Below, piece by piece: positions 13,352 to 26,596 of a DNA stretch of 64,000 nucleotides. Under the pieces are notes generated by a model, which saw only the letters and a program-made list of their open reading frames with translations, was not told where the DNA came from and searched no databases. The DNA is from Kudoa neothunni (taxonomy: Eukaryota > Animalia > Cnidaria): contig OZ199838.1 in the NCBI GenBank assembly GCA_964304625.1, positions 11,185,608 to 11,249,607 of the forward strand, written 5' to 3'. Position numbers and translations under genes: made by a program. Positions within the stretch are counted from its first letter, which is position 1; each line of letters opens with the position of its first letter.

Positions 13352-14342
13352 TAGGATTTTAGTTTCTCAAATGATATTATTAATTCTATTATTTCGGCTT
13401 CAAAAAAAAGAATAATAGAGGATAACTACATGGAGTTAGTTAATTTATTCTATACATGAATAACTAAAATGCGAAATGAAAAAAAGGTTGTTCCTGCTTA
13501 CTTAATTGTAAAAAAGACAAAAAGTATAGCTAAATCCATAGGTGTTGACAAATTTACCGATAGTAACGATTGGTTTGTTTAATTTAAAAATAGATTTGGA
13601 ATCAATTTTCAAAAAATTTCATGTTGGAACCAACAATGTGAATAATCAAACTGTGATGGCTTTTTTGGTACAATCCCCAAAAATTTCACTACGGTACGGA
13701 GAGTGCAACGTAATAAACATGGATAATTCAAATTTAATTAAGTACATCATTTTGGTTTTATTAAAATTTTAAATCATGCACGGGGAAACGTATCATCGAC
13801 TATAATTCAAAATTGATTTAGAAAATCTAGGCTTTTTGAACATTGTACTTGGATATTACAATATACCAAATTAAAGATTTTTCTGAAAATAATGTTGAAA
13901 ATTTCGTCACACTATTTAATTGTTTATCTACTTTAATCTTTTGATAAAAATATGACGAAACCAACAATATTGAAGAAGGGGGAAAATACATGAGGAATCA
14001 ATAGCTTTACCTGAAGCGTATGTAGCTGACAAATTTCAAGAAAATTTCGATCCAACTTTAGTAAAAGATGAAGCGTTTGTGTCGACTACGGAAATCAAAC
14101 AATCAATTAACTTAATCAGAAAACTTAACAGCATTATTTTCAAAACATACAGTTATGAAGTTCATATCTGAAATAATCAGAAAATGATGCAAAAAAATTG
14201 ATACTACCAGTTATCTTAAACCCCAATAAATTTTTGTTTTTGTACATAACGCGCACGCGCTAATACCTGTATTGCGTAAAATCTCCCTATTGCGTAATTT
14301 TTCGGAAATGGAAGAAAATTACGCAATATCCAAATTCGACTG
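13352..14342 (+). mobile_element. Internally deleted pogo/Tigger derivative, copy 1
   Basis: HTH remnant (KFTDSNDWF..FKNRFGI) joined directly to the C-terminal region without a DDE core. Right TIR TTACGCAATATCCAAATTCGACTG|TA. Colinear with 52686-53726. Confidence 0.75.
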
Positions 14343-14940
14343 TACTTCATTTTAGGCTAATTGTGATCAAGAACGCCTCAAACGGTTCTTTCAAAACACA
14401 GAATTTATGACGTTTAAGAGTATATCTATCCATTTGAGATATAAAGTGGGAAGGTATGATAAAAAATGATTGATTATAATGGATTGCTAATCAAAAATAT
14501 TTATTGACCACACACTTTCATCATTTTCGGACGTGATCGCCGATTCCAAAATCTTTAATATTGCCGACCCTAACATTAAAATTGTCCAGAGAAAATGAAT
14601 ATAATCTTATTATTGTTGTTGAATAAATATTTTTGATATGATACTGCTATTATTGTAAATGTATTGTCAGAGTTTGGAATTAGTAATCAAGCGATATAAT
14701 CCAATGGAAAAGTGTCACAGAAAAATAAAAATTCCCAACTATAATTCCAAGAGAACGATCTTTAACATTCTTTATACAGTAATACAGTTGTTATCCCAGG
14801 CTTTAAAACTTAGACGCGAAAATACAACAAAGCATTAGCGCAATACGACGATTTATTGCAGCTTATCGGATTTTGCGCAATAAGATATCTTACGAAACGA
14901 CAATAACTATACGCCTTGATTCACATTCTAAAACGATCCA

Positions 14941-15880
14941 ATGAAGTTTATGGAGAATCCTGCCTTAGAGATGCTTTCTCAAAAAATGCATTATGAAAGC
15001 GACAAAATAACTATTGCGGTGAGGTATATGGTTCTGTTTAAAAATTTGACACCGTCAAAACGTCAGTTTCCTTATTTTATCAACATATAGAACTGAGCTT
15101 TATTCATGCAAAATGATAAGAAATGATAGGAAGTTACTTAAAAAATATCAAGATGATGATTTTGAAGAGATATCATATGGTAGGCGAGACTTGCTCAGCT
15201 GTAGTCATAATTCTCATCATAATACCGGTGGAACCAGTTTTCATTTAAGTCCATCACCGTTATCGTCAGAAATATTTTATGAAACGCATTATAAGGATGA
15301 TCTGTCTGCATTGAATTCGTATCGAACTCACGTGGAGTCCGAAAACGGGAGGAAAACACTAGTGAGCGACCAAAAAACCCTATGTAACATGAGGGTTGTG
15401 CTGAAATATTTTTATGACGATGACCAATATCTGGATGCGCCTGGATCAGATTTTATCTTTATTGATGATCTGGATGATGTTATTTGTGAAGTCCGTGACC
15501 TACTACAACCCGCCATGGGGCACGAACTCACAAAAGACCTATTTGAAGAATTCTGGCATACTCAAGATGACGCTATTTGTTTCGCCGATTGTGAAAAATA
15601 TCAGTAACTCTACTCATCGTATGCAATATACGCGCAGGTGCTTTATATTGGATTTTTAAGATATCAGCCTACAATCGAAAATGATACTATACTACAGAGC
15701 CCCTCAACAGTTTGGTACTTGAATTACTTTTTTTACAATAGAAAAAAGAATCAAGTTTTGTTTCTATCTCTTCATGCCACAAAGTGAGTCGATTTTCGGT
15801 GATTATTTTGCATCGTAAATCATTTCTCTAGTGATCAAATAGCATCCGAGGATTCCCCGATTTTCTATTTTGATTCTTAG
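14941..15880 (+). CDS. MAF1: Repressor of RNA polymerase III transcription MAF1 (4 exons)
   Basis: Exons 14941-15023, 15091-15603, 15661-15783 and 15832-15880 splice in frame via GT-AG introns. Peptide MKFMENPALE..ELYSCKM..FWHTQDDAICFADC..VWYLNYFFYNRKKNQVLF matches the MAF1 A/B/C boxes. Confidence 0.92.
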
Positions 15881-18800
15881 TTTTTTATTTGTTTCCATCC
15901 TTTTCTGACTGTTTTACATTCTTTTATTTCTTTAATAATCATTTTTGATCACCAGAACTGAATTCAAGATGCAATTTTGTAATTATTTTGACCTAAATAA
16001 ATATGAACTTGAGGATAGATTATACTGAATGAATATTTCTTATATCAAAGGTAATGTTTGACTATTTTATGGAGCATCGCAAGTTTTTTGGATTTTTAGA
16101 CTTTTTCCAATTAGTTTACGTCGTTTGGTTAGTTTAAATTGTTTCAACGTTTAAAATAATTTTTTGAGGGCTAAAAGTATATTTTGTTTAAAGATTCCGA
16201 ATCAACTTTTTAATTAATGACAATGGCTGTTCGTACAGATCCGTGCAATCCCCCTTCGTGGCAGACTATTCTTTATGGTAAAGAATATCCCCTGGGATAA
16301 CTGGGATGTAACCAAATTGATTTCACTCATGTGTACAACTATTTTTTAATTCCTCATTTATGAAAATTTTATTGTTATTTTACCGTTAAAATTCACCTGT
16401 GAGTTTGATCATATGATAATAAACGTTCTTTAAGTTCTTGTGTGTACAAACCTATTTTTAACAATAATAAGTAGCGGAACTTTTATTTTATGGTAAAAAT
16501 GTTTTATTCATACATTGCATCAGGGCTACTGCACCCTCAAAAGGTCCAGTAGATAATTACTAGGAGTACGAGAATCATACAATGTGCGCAATCGAAGCAT
16601 ACCTGAGTCTGGTAAACAATGGTCGTTTAATGAATTTTACTGAAAATTGATTTACATTGTTGGTCTATTATTTCCCATTTATTAGTATTTAAAACAATAA
16701 CGACAATTTATTTGTTTTTTTATCAATAAATAACTTATTCATTTAAAATCTTAAATTGTCATAAGTTAAAGGTTATGAAAAATATATTTCTTAGTGATAA
16801 GGATAAAACACTATAAATTTTTAAAACTGAACTGAATTCATGGAAATTGTATCACTTATCTTTCAAAGTAAAATATAAAGCAAGTAAGAATTGAATTTTA
16901 ATTGGCGTTAGGATTTAATTTTTTGGATTATTTTAAATTGTCTCGATTAAAATTTTAATCAATTTCCACCAAAAAATTGTATAGGCTAAAACTTCAGATT
17001 TATGATTGGGTCATTTGTTTGTTTTCCCGATTTAAATTTTAAACCTATAATTATAACAAAAAAATACAGAATCCAAAATTTACCGCAGGCATGACTATTC
17101 ACATGTGTCATTTTGCAATAAAATTTTAAATATCTAATTCATTTATAAATTATTATTAATGCATATCTATATCTAATAAAGAGCCTCGTTTCAACTTATT
17201 TATTCCCCAAAAAGACAAGAAAAAAGCCACAACAATTTATTATCAATTGTGTTTATTTTATTTACATTTATTTCCTTGTTAAGGTAGACGGCTTTTTTAG
17301 TTTTGCCGTGTAATTTTAGTAGAAATATTTTTAACGACAATAAATAACTCCATTTTTAAATACTTTTTTGAAAAGAGGTGTGGAATTGTCCTCAAACGTG
17401 GTAGGGGATAAGGAAACTAAAAGGAATCGGGAATGGCTGATCTATCTGTATCTGTATACATAAGTTAGGTTTGTCTTTTTATGGGGTGTGCACGAATACA
17501 CGGTTTACATATGGACTTTAATATATTTGACTTGATAATTATATTCTGAAAATTCTATTAATGATTTAAATACATTAAAAAGGTTTAATAATTCGTAATT
17601 TATGATGAATTTGTAGCGTATATTATAATCGGATAGTTTAAACTTTATAATACTAGGAATGTACCATCAGAATTATTTAAAGCGCCAGCTAAATTAAACC
17701 TTCAGCAATAAGGTCTAATATATACATTGAAATATTGTTTTATCTAATTATTAAAGTTTTTAAGTTGATATTAAGATGCTGCGAAGCTGTTTGCAGGAAT
17801 GAATGTATTAAATTTATTACCGAATTTCAATATATTAATATGGGCAATAAAACTTAATTTTTGTCAATTTTCATCAAACTAGTTATAGTATTTGGCTCTC
17901 TTTATGATCTCATTAAAATATAGGTGTACAAAATTTTGGTTCCTGACCAAAATTCCACCTTGAAAATTCAAGAGGACTAAAAAATAACTTTTTGGATAAC
18001 ATTCTTGAGAAAATTTAAAAAATTCAAGAATGAAAAGTAATACGACGCTCATCTTCAATCATTTAGTGTTGGTTGCCATTCGTGGTTGGTGCGTCCCCCT
18101 CCCTCTCCAGAAATGATCATAATTTTTATTTCGCTTATCATAATCGTTAAAAGTATAATGCTTTAAAAAATTACTTTAATTCAGTCTATTGGCTAATTTA
18201 TAGTATCAATACACTTTTTGACAGTTTTAAAGAAACTTTTCAAACAAAGTTATCCCAATCCCGGTGGAACTTAGCAATTTACACTAGTTTCGTTATAAAC
18301 AGTCACAAAAAAAGACGGAAAAACGATGCGCAAAAGGGTGTTTTATATGTCTAGTCCTATCCTATTACTTTATTTATAACTCGTCCCCCCAATCTTAATA
18401 AACATTCTATGGTTTAAATTTTCCTAGTTGTGAAAACTGACATTTAGTTTTTAATATTTTAATTAAGATATTTGTTATAAACAAGGTACGACCATGGTTA
18501 ATGAAATCTCAGTCATTACTCGGACCCTGTGACTTCATAAATGTAATCTCTAATATTGTATTTAAATGTCTCGTTTTTAGGCGAAAAATATACCCATATT
18601 TAAATTTTCAGACGGAGTCACGGCTCGATACTTGATTTTTTAAACCTCTGACTGCAACTCACATGAATGAAACAAGTTAAAACTTGATTTTTGTTTATAA
18701 TATTTGCCAATCTTTCAATATTACTAATTAGGAGTAAAAGAATTAAAAGATTGTAAATTTTATCGGCATAAAAAAGTTTATAACAGCCAACATGCAATTT

Positions 18801-20713
18801 TTAATACCAACTACGCCCAATTAATGATTCAGTCATAACCTATTATGGATGGCCAAATATCTTAGATAAGTATTTTAATTTCTTTTACTTAAAAATGTAA
18901 AATCTCGAATCCTAATAACCTAATGTTTATTTTTTGAAAAAATTTCGATGAGATTAGGATCATTCAAAAATTTTGACAAATAATGTGATATGGAGTTTAT
19001 GCTTTTGATGCGGATTTATTATTTGTTTCCTTAAGCTTATCTGGGATATAATTATACCTCTCATTTTATTTTTTATACAATTTTTCAGAATTCTAATAAT
19101 TTCCCAGTCAGGTAACGTCTCTCTATCTCTCAGTAAAATGTCATTTGACGGAGATGATTTAAGTTAGTTACCTAAATTTAGACGTTGATAAAAAAAGTAG
19201 TGTAGATACAGAAATTACGAAAGTGATAAAAAAATAATTTATGGTTTAAAAGTAGTATTAATTACAGAATTAATAGTTAGGATTTTTATTTAATTACGGA
19301 AATCCTTGAGTCCAATACTCATTGGAGCCATATCTGGTCGATATTTACATTACATTTAGCTTGGTTATCTAGTTATTATAGAAGAATCTTCCCTTACCGA
19401 AAATCGAAATCAAGGGACGTGAATTTGACGCTAAATGCGAAAATGCATTATCAAATTAAAATGTGGCATTTAAGGTTATATATATTAAATTTTCTTATTT
19501 TAAAAACAAGTTATTTCTCAAATAGTTTTTTGATGGAATTAAAATAAATACATGTACATCACCATTGCAAATAAGCATGAAAACCATCAATGTATTAATC
19601 AATTAACTCTATGCTGCAATAATTAAATGTTGAATGAATGAATTTAGCGAAAAAAAGTTAAAGTGTAAATAAATTTTAATTATAGTGTTTTGATTTCAAG
19701 TATTATCAATGCAATTAATTGCATCTCCCAATCAACTATTAGACTTAATCAATTAATTTCAATTGATTTTTTCCAGCCTTGGTGGATTGTTAACAAATAT
19801 TACTAATGTGCGATTTTACTTGTTTGACACTCACATAAACCAATTATAATAATACCGTTGAATTTTTCTCAGTTGCTAACTCCAATTTGAAATATTTTCT
19901 TGGTCAAACTTAAGTCATACCTTTAATTAGGAGTGAGTTGTATTTTAGTATTTATCATATCTGTGTGAAAATACGAAGTATTCTTTCAGTTTTAAAGTCT
20001 TATAGTTGTATTTCTGAGTTCTGCATTACAAAGCATTCTTCGAATGTGCATTTTCGTAATCTTCAGTTATGAAGTCTAGTCCATACTTTGCATATATTAA
20101 ACAATTTTTCATTTTTAAAAATTTTTTTGGTATAAAAAATTTTAACGCACGGCAACAATCCAACATATGACTATATGTAATATTTTTCTGATAGGAGACA
20201 GCGAATATATTATGCGTGACGAAAGGTAACTAAATAATTACGTTTGTAATACAAATGTGAATAAGCTACGAAATAAAAGAGAATTAATTGCCATACTCCA
20301 TATGTACGATTCACAACTCATATTTACGATACAAAGATATGCACTGTTATCATCGTAATTTAGTAAAATTGTTCTATAGAAGAGAAAGAATAACCATATT
20401 AATCAATGATACCTAACACTTAATACTGTAACATCAAAACTTTTATGTTTGAATGAAACCGATTCGGAACAATTACTTAAGCCCATTCCATCTCAAACAT
20501 GGAGTCACAGTTATTATTTAATTTATGAGAATTTTTGCTGTTTATTTAAATTCCATAATGCTGACGACTTATTTCTAAACAAATTAATTTGATAATTTTT
20601 AATAAAAAATTAATGTATTACTCATTTATAATCTAGAAAAAATAATTTTAATTTACTTTTAATATAATAAATAAATGAAATCTAGCGGAATGTAAGAAAA
20701 TAATTAGCAAAGA

Positions 20714-23700
20714 ATGCTTAAGTTTATTAGAAAAATATTGCATTTTTGTACGTATACGACGAATATAATACTTTTATTAATGCTATTGTTGTATGCGATT
20801 ATCGGTTATATTGGCTTTTTCAATACCGAAATACAAACAATTCTATTTGAATTGGATTAATAAATATGATACCAGCAATATATATATTTGTAGTGATGCC
20901 CATATTGATGTGTAAATAGGGGTATTTTTTAATAGCTGACAACTTTTATAGACACAAAATGTGATCCTGCTACTCCAAACAAGCCAACGGAAGCAAGCGA
21001 AACCAAAGTACTCTCCTACAAAATTATAGATGACAATAACACCAAAAAACTAAAACTTACCATGAGTGGTGCTGATTATGGGGAAAACAAGCATTGTCTA
21101 ATGAAGACTGAGAACAATGATCTTCTGTCGTATATTGACATAAATCCGTGCCCTGATACAAACAGTGACCATAGTAACAAATGTATAATTCCTTGCAATA
21201 GCAATACAAATAAATTGGCATATAACAAACTCTCCCCCAGAAACAAGTATATCTACGTTTTTGTCGGCGATAACGTCCAGGCAGCGGCAACACCGGCGGC
21301 AGCAGAGACAAAAACTAATGCTAAAGTTTTTGGATTCGAAATACGTATTAAAAATGTATGTTGATCAGAATATTACAATCATTTAGCATTACTGGTAAAT
21401 CCACAGGTTGCGATAACAAAATCAGATAATCAGAAACTAAAATTTTCTACAACAACGTGTAGTAAAGTTAACTGCCCTATTAAATACAAGAATGTGGAAT
21501 ATAATGCAGGGACGACAGGTAATGACTGTGCTACTGCTAATAATATTGAAGTCGATTTTGACTTAATGATCCCATATTACGAAATGGAGTGTGAAAAATA
21601 TCCAAGTTTCTTTTATAATATGCCAAACGCCTATATGAAAAAAGAAATCGATGTATTTAAACCACAATATTACGTAGCCTTTAAATCGAACACTGATAAA
21701 TCTAAATATAAAATTTTATTTACAAATAATTTCCCTGCAGAAATATGCCGTTTTGGTATTAGAGACGCAACTGTTGCAGCAACCACAGAATATACGTATG
21801 TTTGTGGAGTGGAAGGAAAGGAATGCTATGCACCTTGCGATAATGTTGAGTTAACATTAGCAGGAACAAAAGTACTTGTCGATATTTCAATCCAAACCAG
21901 ACACCATGACATAAAAGCTGCGAAACCAAATTACGATGGATATCAACAAAATAAATTAGGTATGTTAAATGATGAATAGATATCTTATGTCTTTATTTAG
22001 CCATCATTGAACCAGATGGCGGTAAATTGACAAATGTTAAAACAACTGGTTTTACGTTGAACCCTTCTCTTTTTAAGTCAACTGGTTCTCCTTCATTTAC
22101 CGCTTGCAAAATAAGACATTTTCCGTCTGACAAACCAAGACCAACTGCTAAAACAGGAACAGAAATAAAATGTACAGATAATGAGTCTTGTTCAACAAAT
22201 TGTGATGCCGAGTTAACATTAAAGGAGCTTCCGGAAGGAAAACCTATAATGATTGAGATTGAATTTACTGGAAATACTAATCCGGCAAATTTTAATGAAT
22301 ATTTATTTGTAATGACGAGTAAGTAAATTTTTTGAAAAATATGGATAAACTTTTTTATAAAGCCCCAAAAACCGAAAAAGTTTTTAGTAGCGCAAATCCT
22401 ACCGTAACAGAGTCAACAATTGAAATCAAAGCATTAGCAGGTGCTGAGGAGACAGCTAAAGAGCAGCCTACCTGCTCTTATTTTATAAGCATAATTGAAA
22501 GAAATGGATTTGTAGATGCACAATGTACCGATAGTTACCCCTGCCGAGGAAATTGTAAAGAATCTAAAACCATCGTAAACTTGATACCAGGATCAACTTA
22601 TAACATCAAAGTCATTGCACACAAAGAATACGAGCCGAAAACGTACAAGAGGATCAAAACTAGTATTTTCGTCGTCATCACGAATATTAAATGACTTTGA
22701 TTAGATTTAGCAACCCTGAAACTTACATCGAGTTTCTTGGATAAAGGTTTCAAGGTGGTTGGAAACCTATCTACTCCTGACCCAGATGCAGAATGTGCGT
22801 TTAAACTTCAGAGGAATGATCAAGGATTCAAGGATGTTTCTGTTTGCCCTCCACCTAATACAGCCATTAAAACAAGCCCCACTTCTACGTTATTAGAAGA
22901 AGAAATAAATACAAACAGTAAAGACTCATCTGCTTCTATGCAAAACGTAGCTCGACTATTTGCAATGAATGAAATGAAGACTTTGAGCGCAGGAGCTACC
23001 GCCTCTGAATCATCTACACCTATAACACTATCAACAAACATTACTGTACAATTTCCTCCATGCGCACAGCCATCTTTATGCAATAACATCGTTGTGAGTG
23101 AAGGGTATGAAGCAGATAAAGAATATAAATTGTTAGTCACTGCTATAGGAAGATCAGCAGAAGTAGTCATATCTGTACCTAAAAGTATTATTTTTGTTGC
23201 TCTCGTTTTGTTTTATTTTGTAAATAAATAATATATTTTATCATTATAGTTATTTAATTTTTTAACAAATAAAATTACTCTTTCAGTCATTTGTATTATA
23301 AACTAATACAATGTAGATCCATTATTTGTATCCAATGAGGATGTGAATAAACAAATAGTTGTAGTGATAGCACGCGACGGAAAAACGTTAAAAGTTGAAA
23401 CTATTCTGCCTCAGGGTGTGGATGAAAATTCTAAATGCAAATGGGAATTAATAAACTGGGATGATGTTGCCAAACCAGCCGTAAAAAAATGCATGACTGT
23501 TGGTCGAGATTGTACTGCATTCCCATCCTGTAAGGATATCTCAATTTCGGATGTTGAAGATAGAAATGATTATCGTGTGAAGGTAATTGTTAGCACGGAT
23601 GAGAAAATTTTTGGAACTGCAATAATAAAAAGAGGTATTTCTAAATTTATCATATTATTATAATTTCTATTATCAATACATAGGAGAAACGTCAAACAAA

Positions 23701-23879
23701 TCAACGTAATTTCAAGCATATATTATAATTTTTTATATATTTTAGATCAAAGAATACAATGTATTCAAACCTAAGATATCTTGATAATTTTTCCATTTAG
23801 TATTATCGCAGTCGTGGTCCCAGTTATGATTGTGATTATTGGAATAGGATTTTATTTTGGATATAAGAACAAAAGTTAG
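20714..23879 (+). CDS. Uncharacterised type I membrane protein, ~862 aa, tandem Cys-containing FnIII-like domains
   Basis: Exons 20714-20804, 20952-21344, 21387-21959, 22001-22318, 22363-22662, 22705-23184, 23317-23634, 23684-23705, 23746-23760 and 23801-23879 join to 2589 nt with no internal stop. Hydrophobic signal NIILLLMLLLYAII; FnIII motif LIPGSTYNIKVIA; TM IIIAVVVPVMIVIIGIGFYFGY; very short tail KNKS. Confidence 0.85.
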
Positions 23880-24080
23880 ATGAATATGGTTTCATTAGAT
23901 AAAGAAGTCTTTAGTTTATTATTATGATTTAAAATATTAAATGAAACACGTGTATGAGTTTTTATGAATTATTTTTTGGTTGGCTAAAGCAATTTATATT
24001 TAGGCAGTGGCTATTGCAACGGGAGAAAATTACTCCTAAACCAACCTGTTTTTAAAAATTTCAACTTCATTTTCCTAATA

Positions 24081-26596
24081 CAGTGGTTCTTAACCTGGGT
24101 TCGGAGGATTCTGATAGGTTCGGTGAAAACATCCAAGGTTTAGATCAAATCTAGGATTAATATTCTTTATAATTTTAATATTTTAAATAACCTTTCTATT
24201 AGTTGTATTTATAATCTTAATTAGAAGCTCTATTAAAAGGATAAGTGATAAATGAAAAAATTATTGATAGTTTAATTACAATTATTATTTGAGCGTTTGA
24301 AATTCATTTCGATCTATCTGGTTAGTACAGTCACGTTAACGGGTTACAGTGTAACCCGTTACAACAGCGCTTCCCAACTGAAATTGGACTCGCACCCCCA
24401 TTTTTTGACAAAACAAAATTCGCACCCCTTTGCATACGATAAGGTGTAACTGACTTAAAATTTATAGAAAATTATTTTCAATTTTGATCGGATCTCGCAC
24501 CACCTGAAATCGAAGTTCGCACCCCCAGTTGGGAACCCCTGCGTTACAGAGATTATTGCGCAGCAATGTTATTTGTTTGCTAGTTTTGTGGGGGTTATTG
24601 GAAATAAATATTGGCTCTTTGAACGTTTAACAAAAAAAGAAAGTGATCAAATGATTTTGTGCAGTTCAGGTTTACCTATGTTACGGGACTTTATGGTATT
24701 CAACGACCTCTTTGCATGATACGCAACTCGAAGTTGAGTAATTCTAGTTTGGTACAGGCGAAATTAAAGGAGCATTTCATAAATGTCCATGGGAAGTCTG
24801 TATATAGGAATATGGCTCTTCCAAACTTGAACCAAAGAGAGAAAGATATGATGAAAGAACCACGTTGCAAAATTTTGGATTCGTTAATATTTATAAGCCT
24901 ATCTTAACAGCAACATATGAAGTTTCATATCTCATTGGCAAACAAGGTAAACGTCACAATATTGATGAAACGCTCGTTAAACCTGCCGCGTTGAAGATGG
25001 CAAATATTTTATTGGGAAGTATTGCAGAAAAAAATTAGCACAAGTTCCTTTGTCAAATGATATCGTTAAGAAAAAATTGATGATATGAGCAGACATTCTG
25101 GATCAATTAATTTCTGATCTAATTTCAAGTCGAACAAAGTTTAGTTTACAATTCGACGAAAATACTGATATCTCAAACCTAAGTCAACTGGTTTCGTTTG
25201 TCAGATATTTGAAAAATGGTGTGATAATTGAAGATTTTCTTGTTTGCAAACCTTTAACAACAATGACCAAGGCATTGGATGTTAAGAAAGTTGCCGATGA
25301 GTTTTTCAAAGGCAATGGACTTTCATGGAATATGGTTTCTTCTATTTGCACTGATGGTGCCCAGCTATGCTGGGGCGTAACTCCAGTTTTTGTGCTCTTG
25401 TGAACGCAGATGCACCTCATATTATTGCTACGCATTGCATTTTACATAGATATGCATTAGCAACAAAGAATATGCCTCCAAGGCTGGCAGAAGTGTTGAA
25501 AACCGTTATCGATTGTGTAAATTTTGTGAGATGTAGTGCTTTGAATCATCGAATCTTCAAATATTTGTGCAGTGAAATGGATTCTGAATTTGAAATACTT
25601 TTGTTTTATTCAAATCTTAGGTGGCTCTCTCGAGGAAACGTATTAAACCACGTTTTTAACCTGCGAAAGGAAATAGGTATATTTTTGCTGGAGTGTACCC
25701 ACCGCCATGCTCAATGTTTCAATAATTTGGAATTTACTCTTCTTTTGGCATACATGGTTGATATTTTTGATTCCATAAATTGTTTGAACCTGCAGATGCA
25801 AGGGAATGGAGTCAACATCATTGAAGCAGAGGAGTGTGTAAGTGCATTCCAAATAAAATTATCTTTATACAAACGAAGAATAATGGTGGACAATTATGCA
25901 AACTTTACACTTTTAGACGATATTTGTAATATTAATGACGGCGATGACAACGGATTGATCATTTTACCTTTTGAATTAAAGGAAATAATTTCTGCACATT
26001 TAGAATAACTTTCTAACTCACTCGATGGCTATTTCCCTTCTAAAAATTCATTCCCCCACTGGGTGGGGCAACCTTTTTAGCTTCGATACTTCAACTGAGG
26101 ATGCCAATAATAAATACCGCGATGAACTTATCGAACTTCAGCACAACAAAATTTAAAAACAACTTTTCGAAAAAATTTTACCATTAATCTTTTGGATAAA
26201 TCAAATTGAGAAATGTCCTACAATTTCAATGGAGGCTTTGGAAGTTTTTATTCCTTTCGTAACAATTTACCTCTAAGAACAATCATTTTCAATATTGGTT
26301 ACCATAAAAAATAAGTTAAGAAATATGTTTTTCTGTGAAAGCGATATGCGAATTGTTCTCTCCAACATTTCGCCTCGTATTACGGAATTGGTTGCAAAAA
26401 AACAAGAATAAAAATCGCACTAATTAGTTTTATATTAATTTGATTTTTACATTTTACAACTTTTATGATGTGCCAAATATCGATTAAATTATAATTCATT
26501 TTATTTAAAACTTAAAAAATTTTATGTTGGGGGTTCGACGAGTCGTACTATAGGGTAGTAGTGGTCCGGCCACTCCCTAAAGGTTAAGAACCACTG
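24081..26596 (+). mobile_element. hAT (Buster/Charlie, ZBED8/FAM200-like) transposon, full length, decayed
   Basis: Perfect 16-bp TIRs CAGTGGTTCTTAACCT / AGGTTAAGAACCACTG; 8-bp TSD TCCTAATA vs CCCCAATA. Motifs FSLQFDE, ICTDGA, THCILHR, LRWLSRG. Confidence 0.92.
24365..24541. mobile_element. hAT MITE (177 bp) nested in the Buster-like element
   Basis: TIRs CAGCGCTTCCCAACT / AGTTGGGAACCCCTG; TSD CGTTACAA / CGTTACAG; internal repeated TCGCACCCC motif. Confidence 0.85.

Noticed and set aside
22820-23170. Antisense ORFs (e.g. 22820-23170, 49642-49959, 59692-60156, 31433-31714)
   Set aside because: They are shadows on the opposite strand of real coding regions, with no recognisable motifs.
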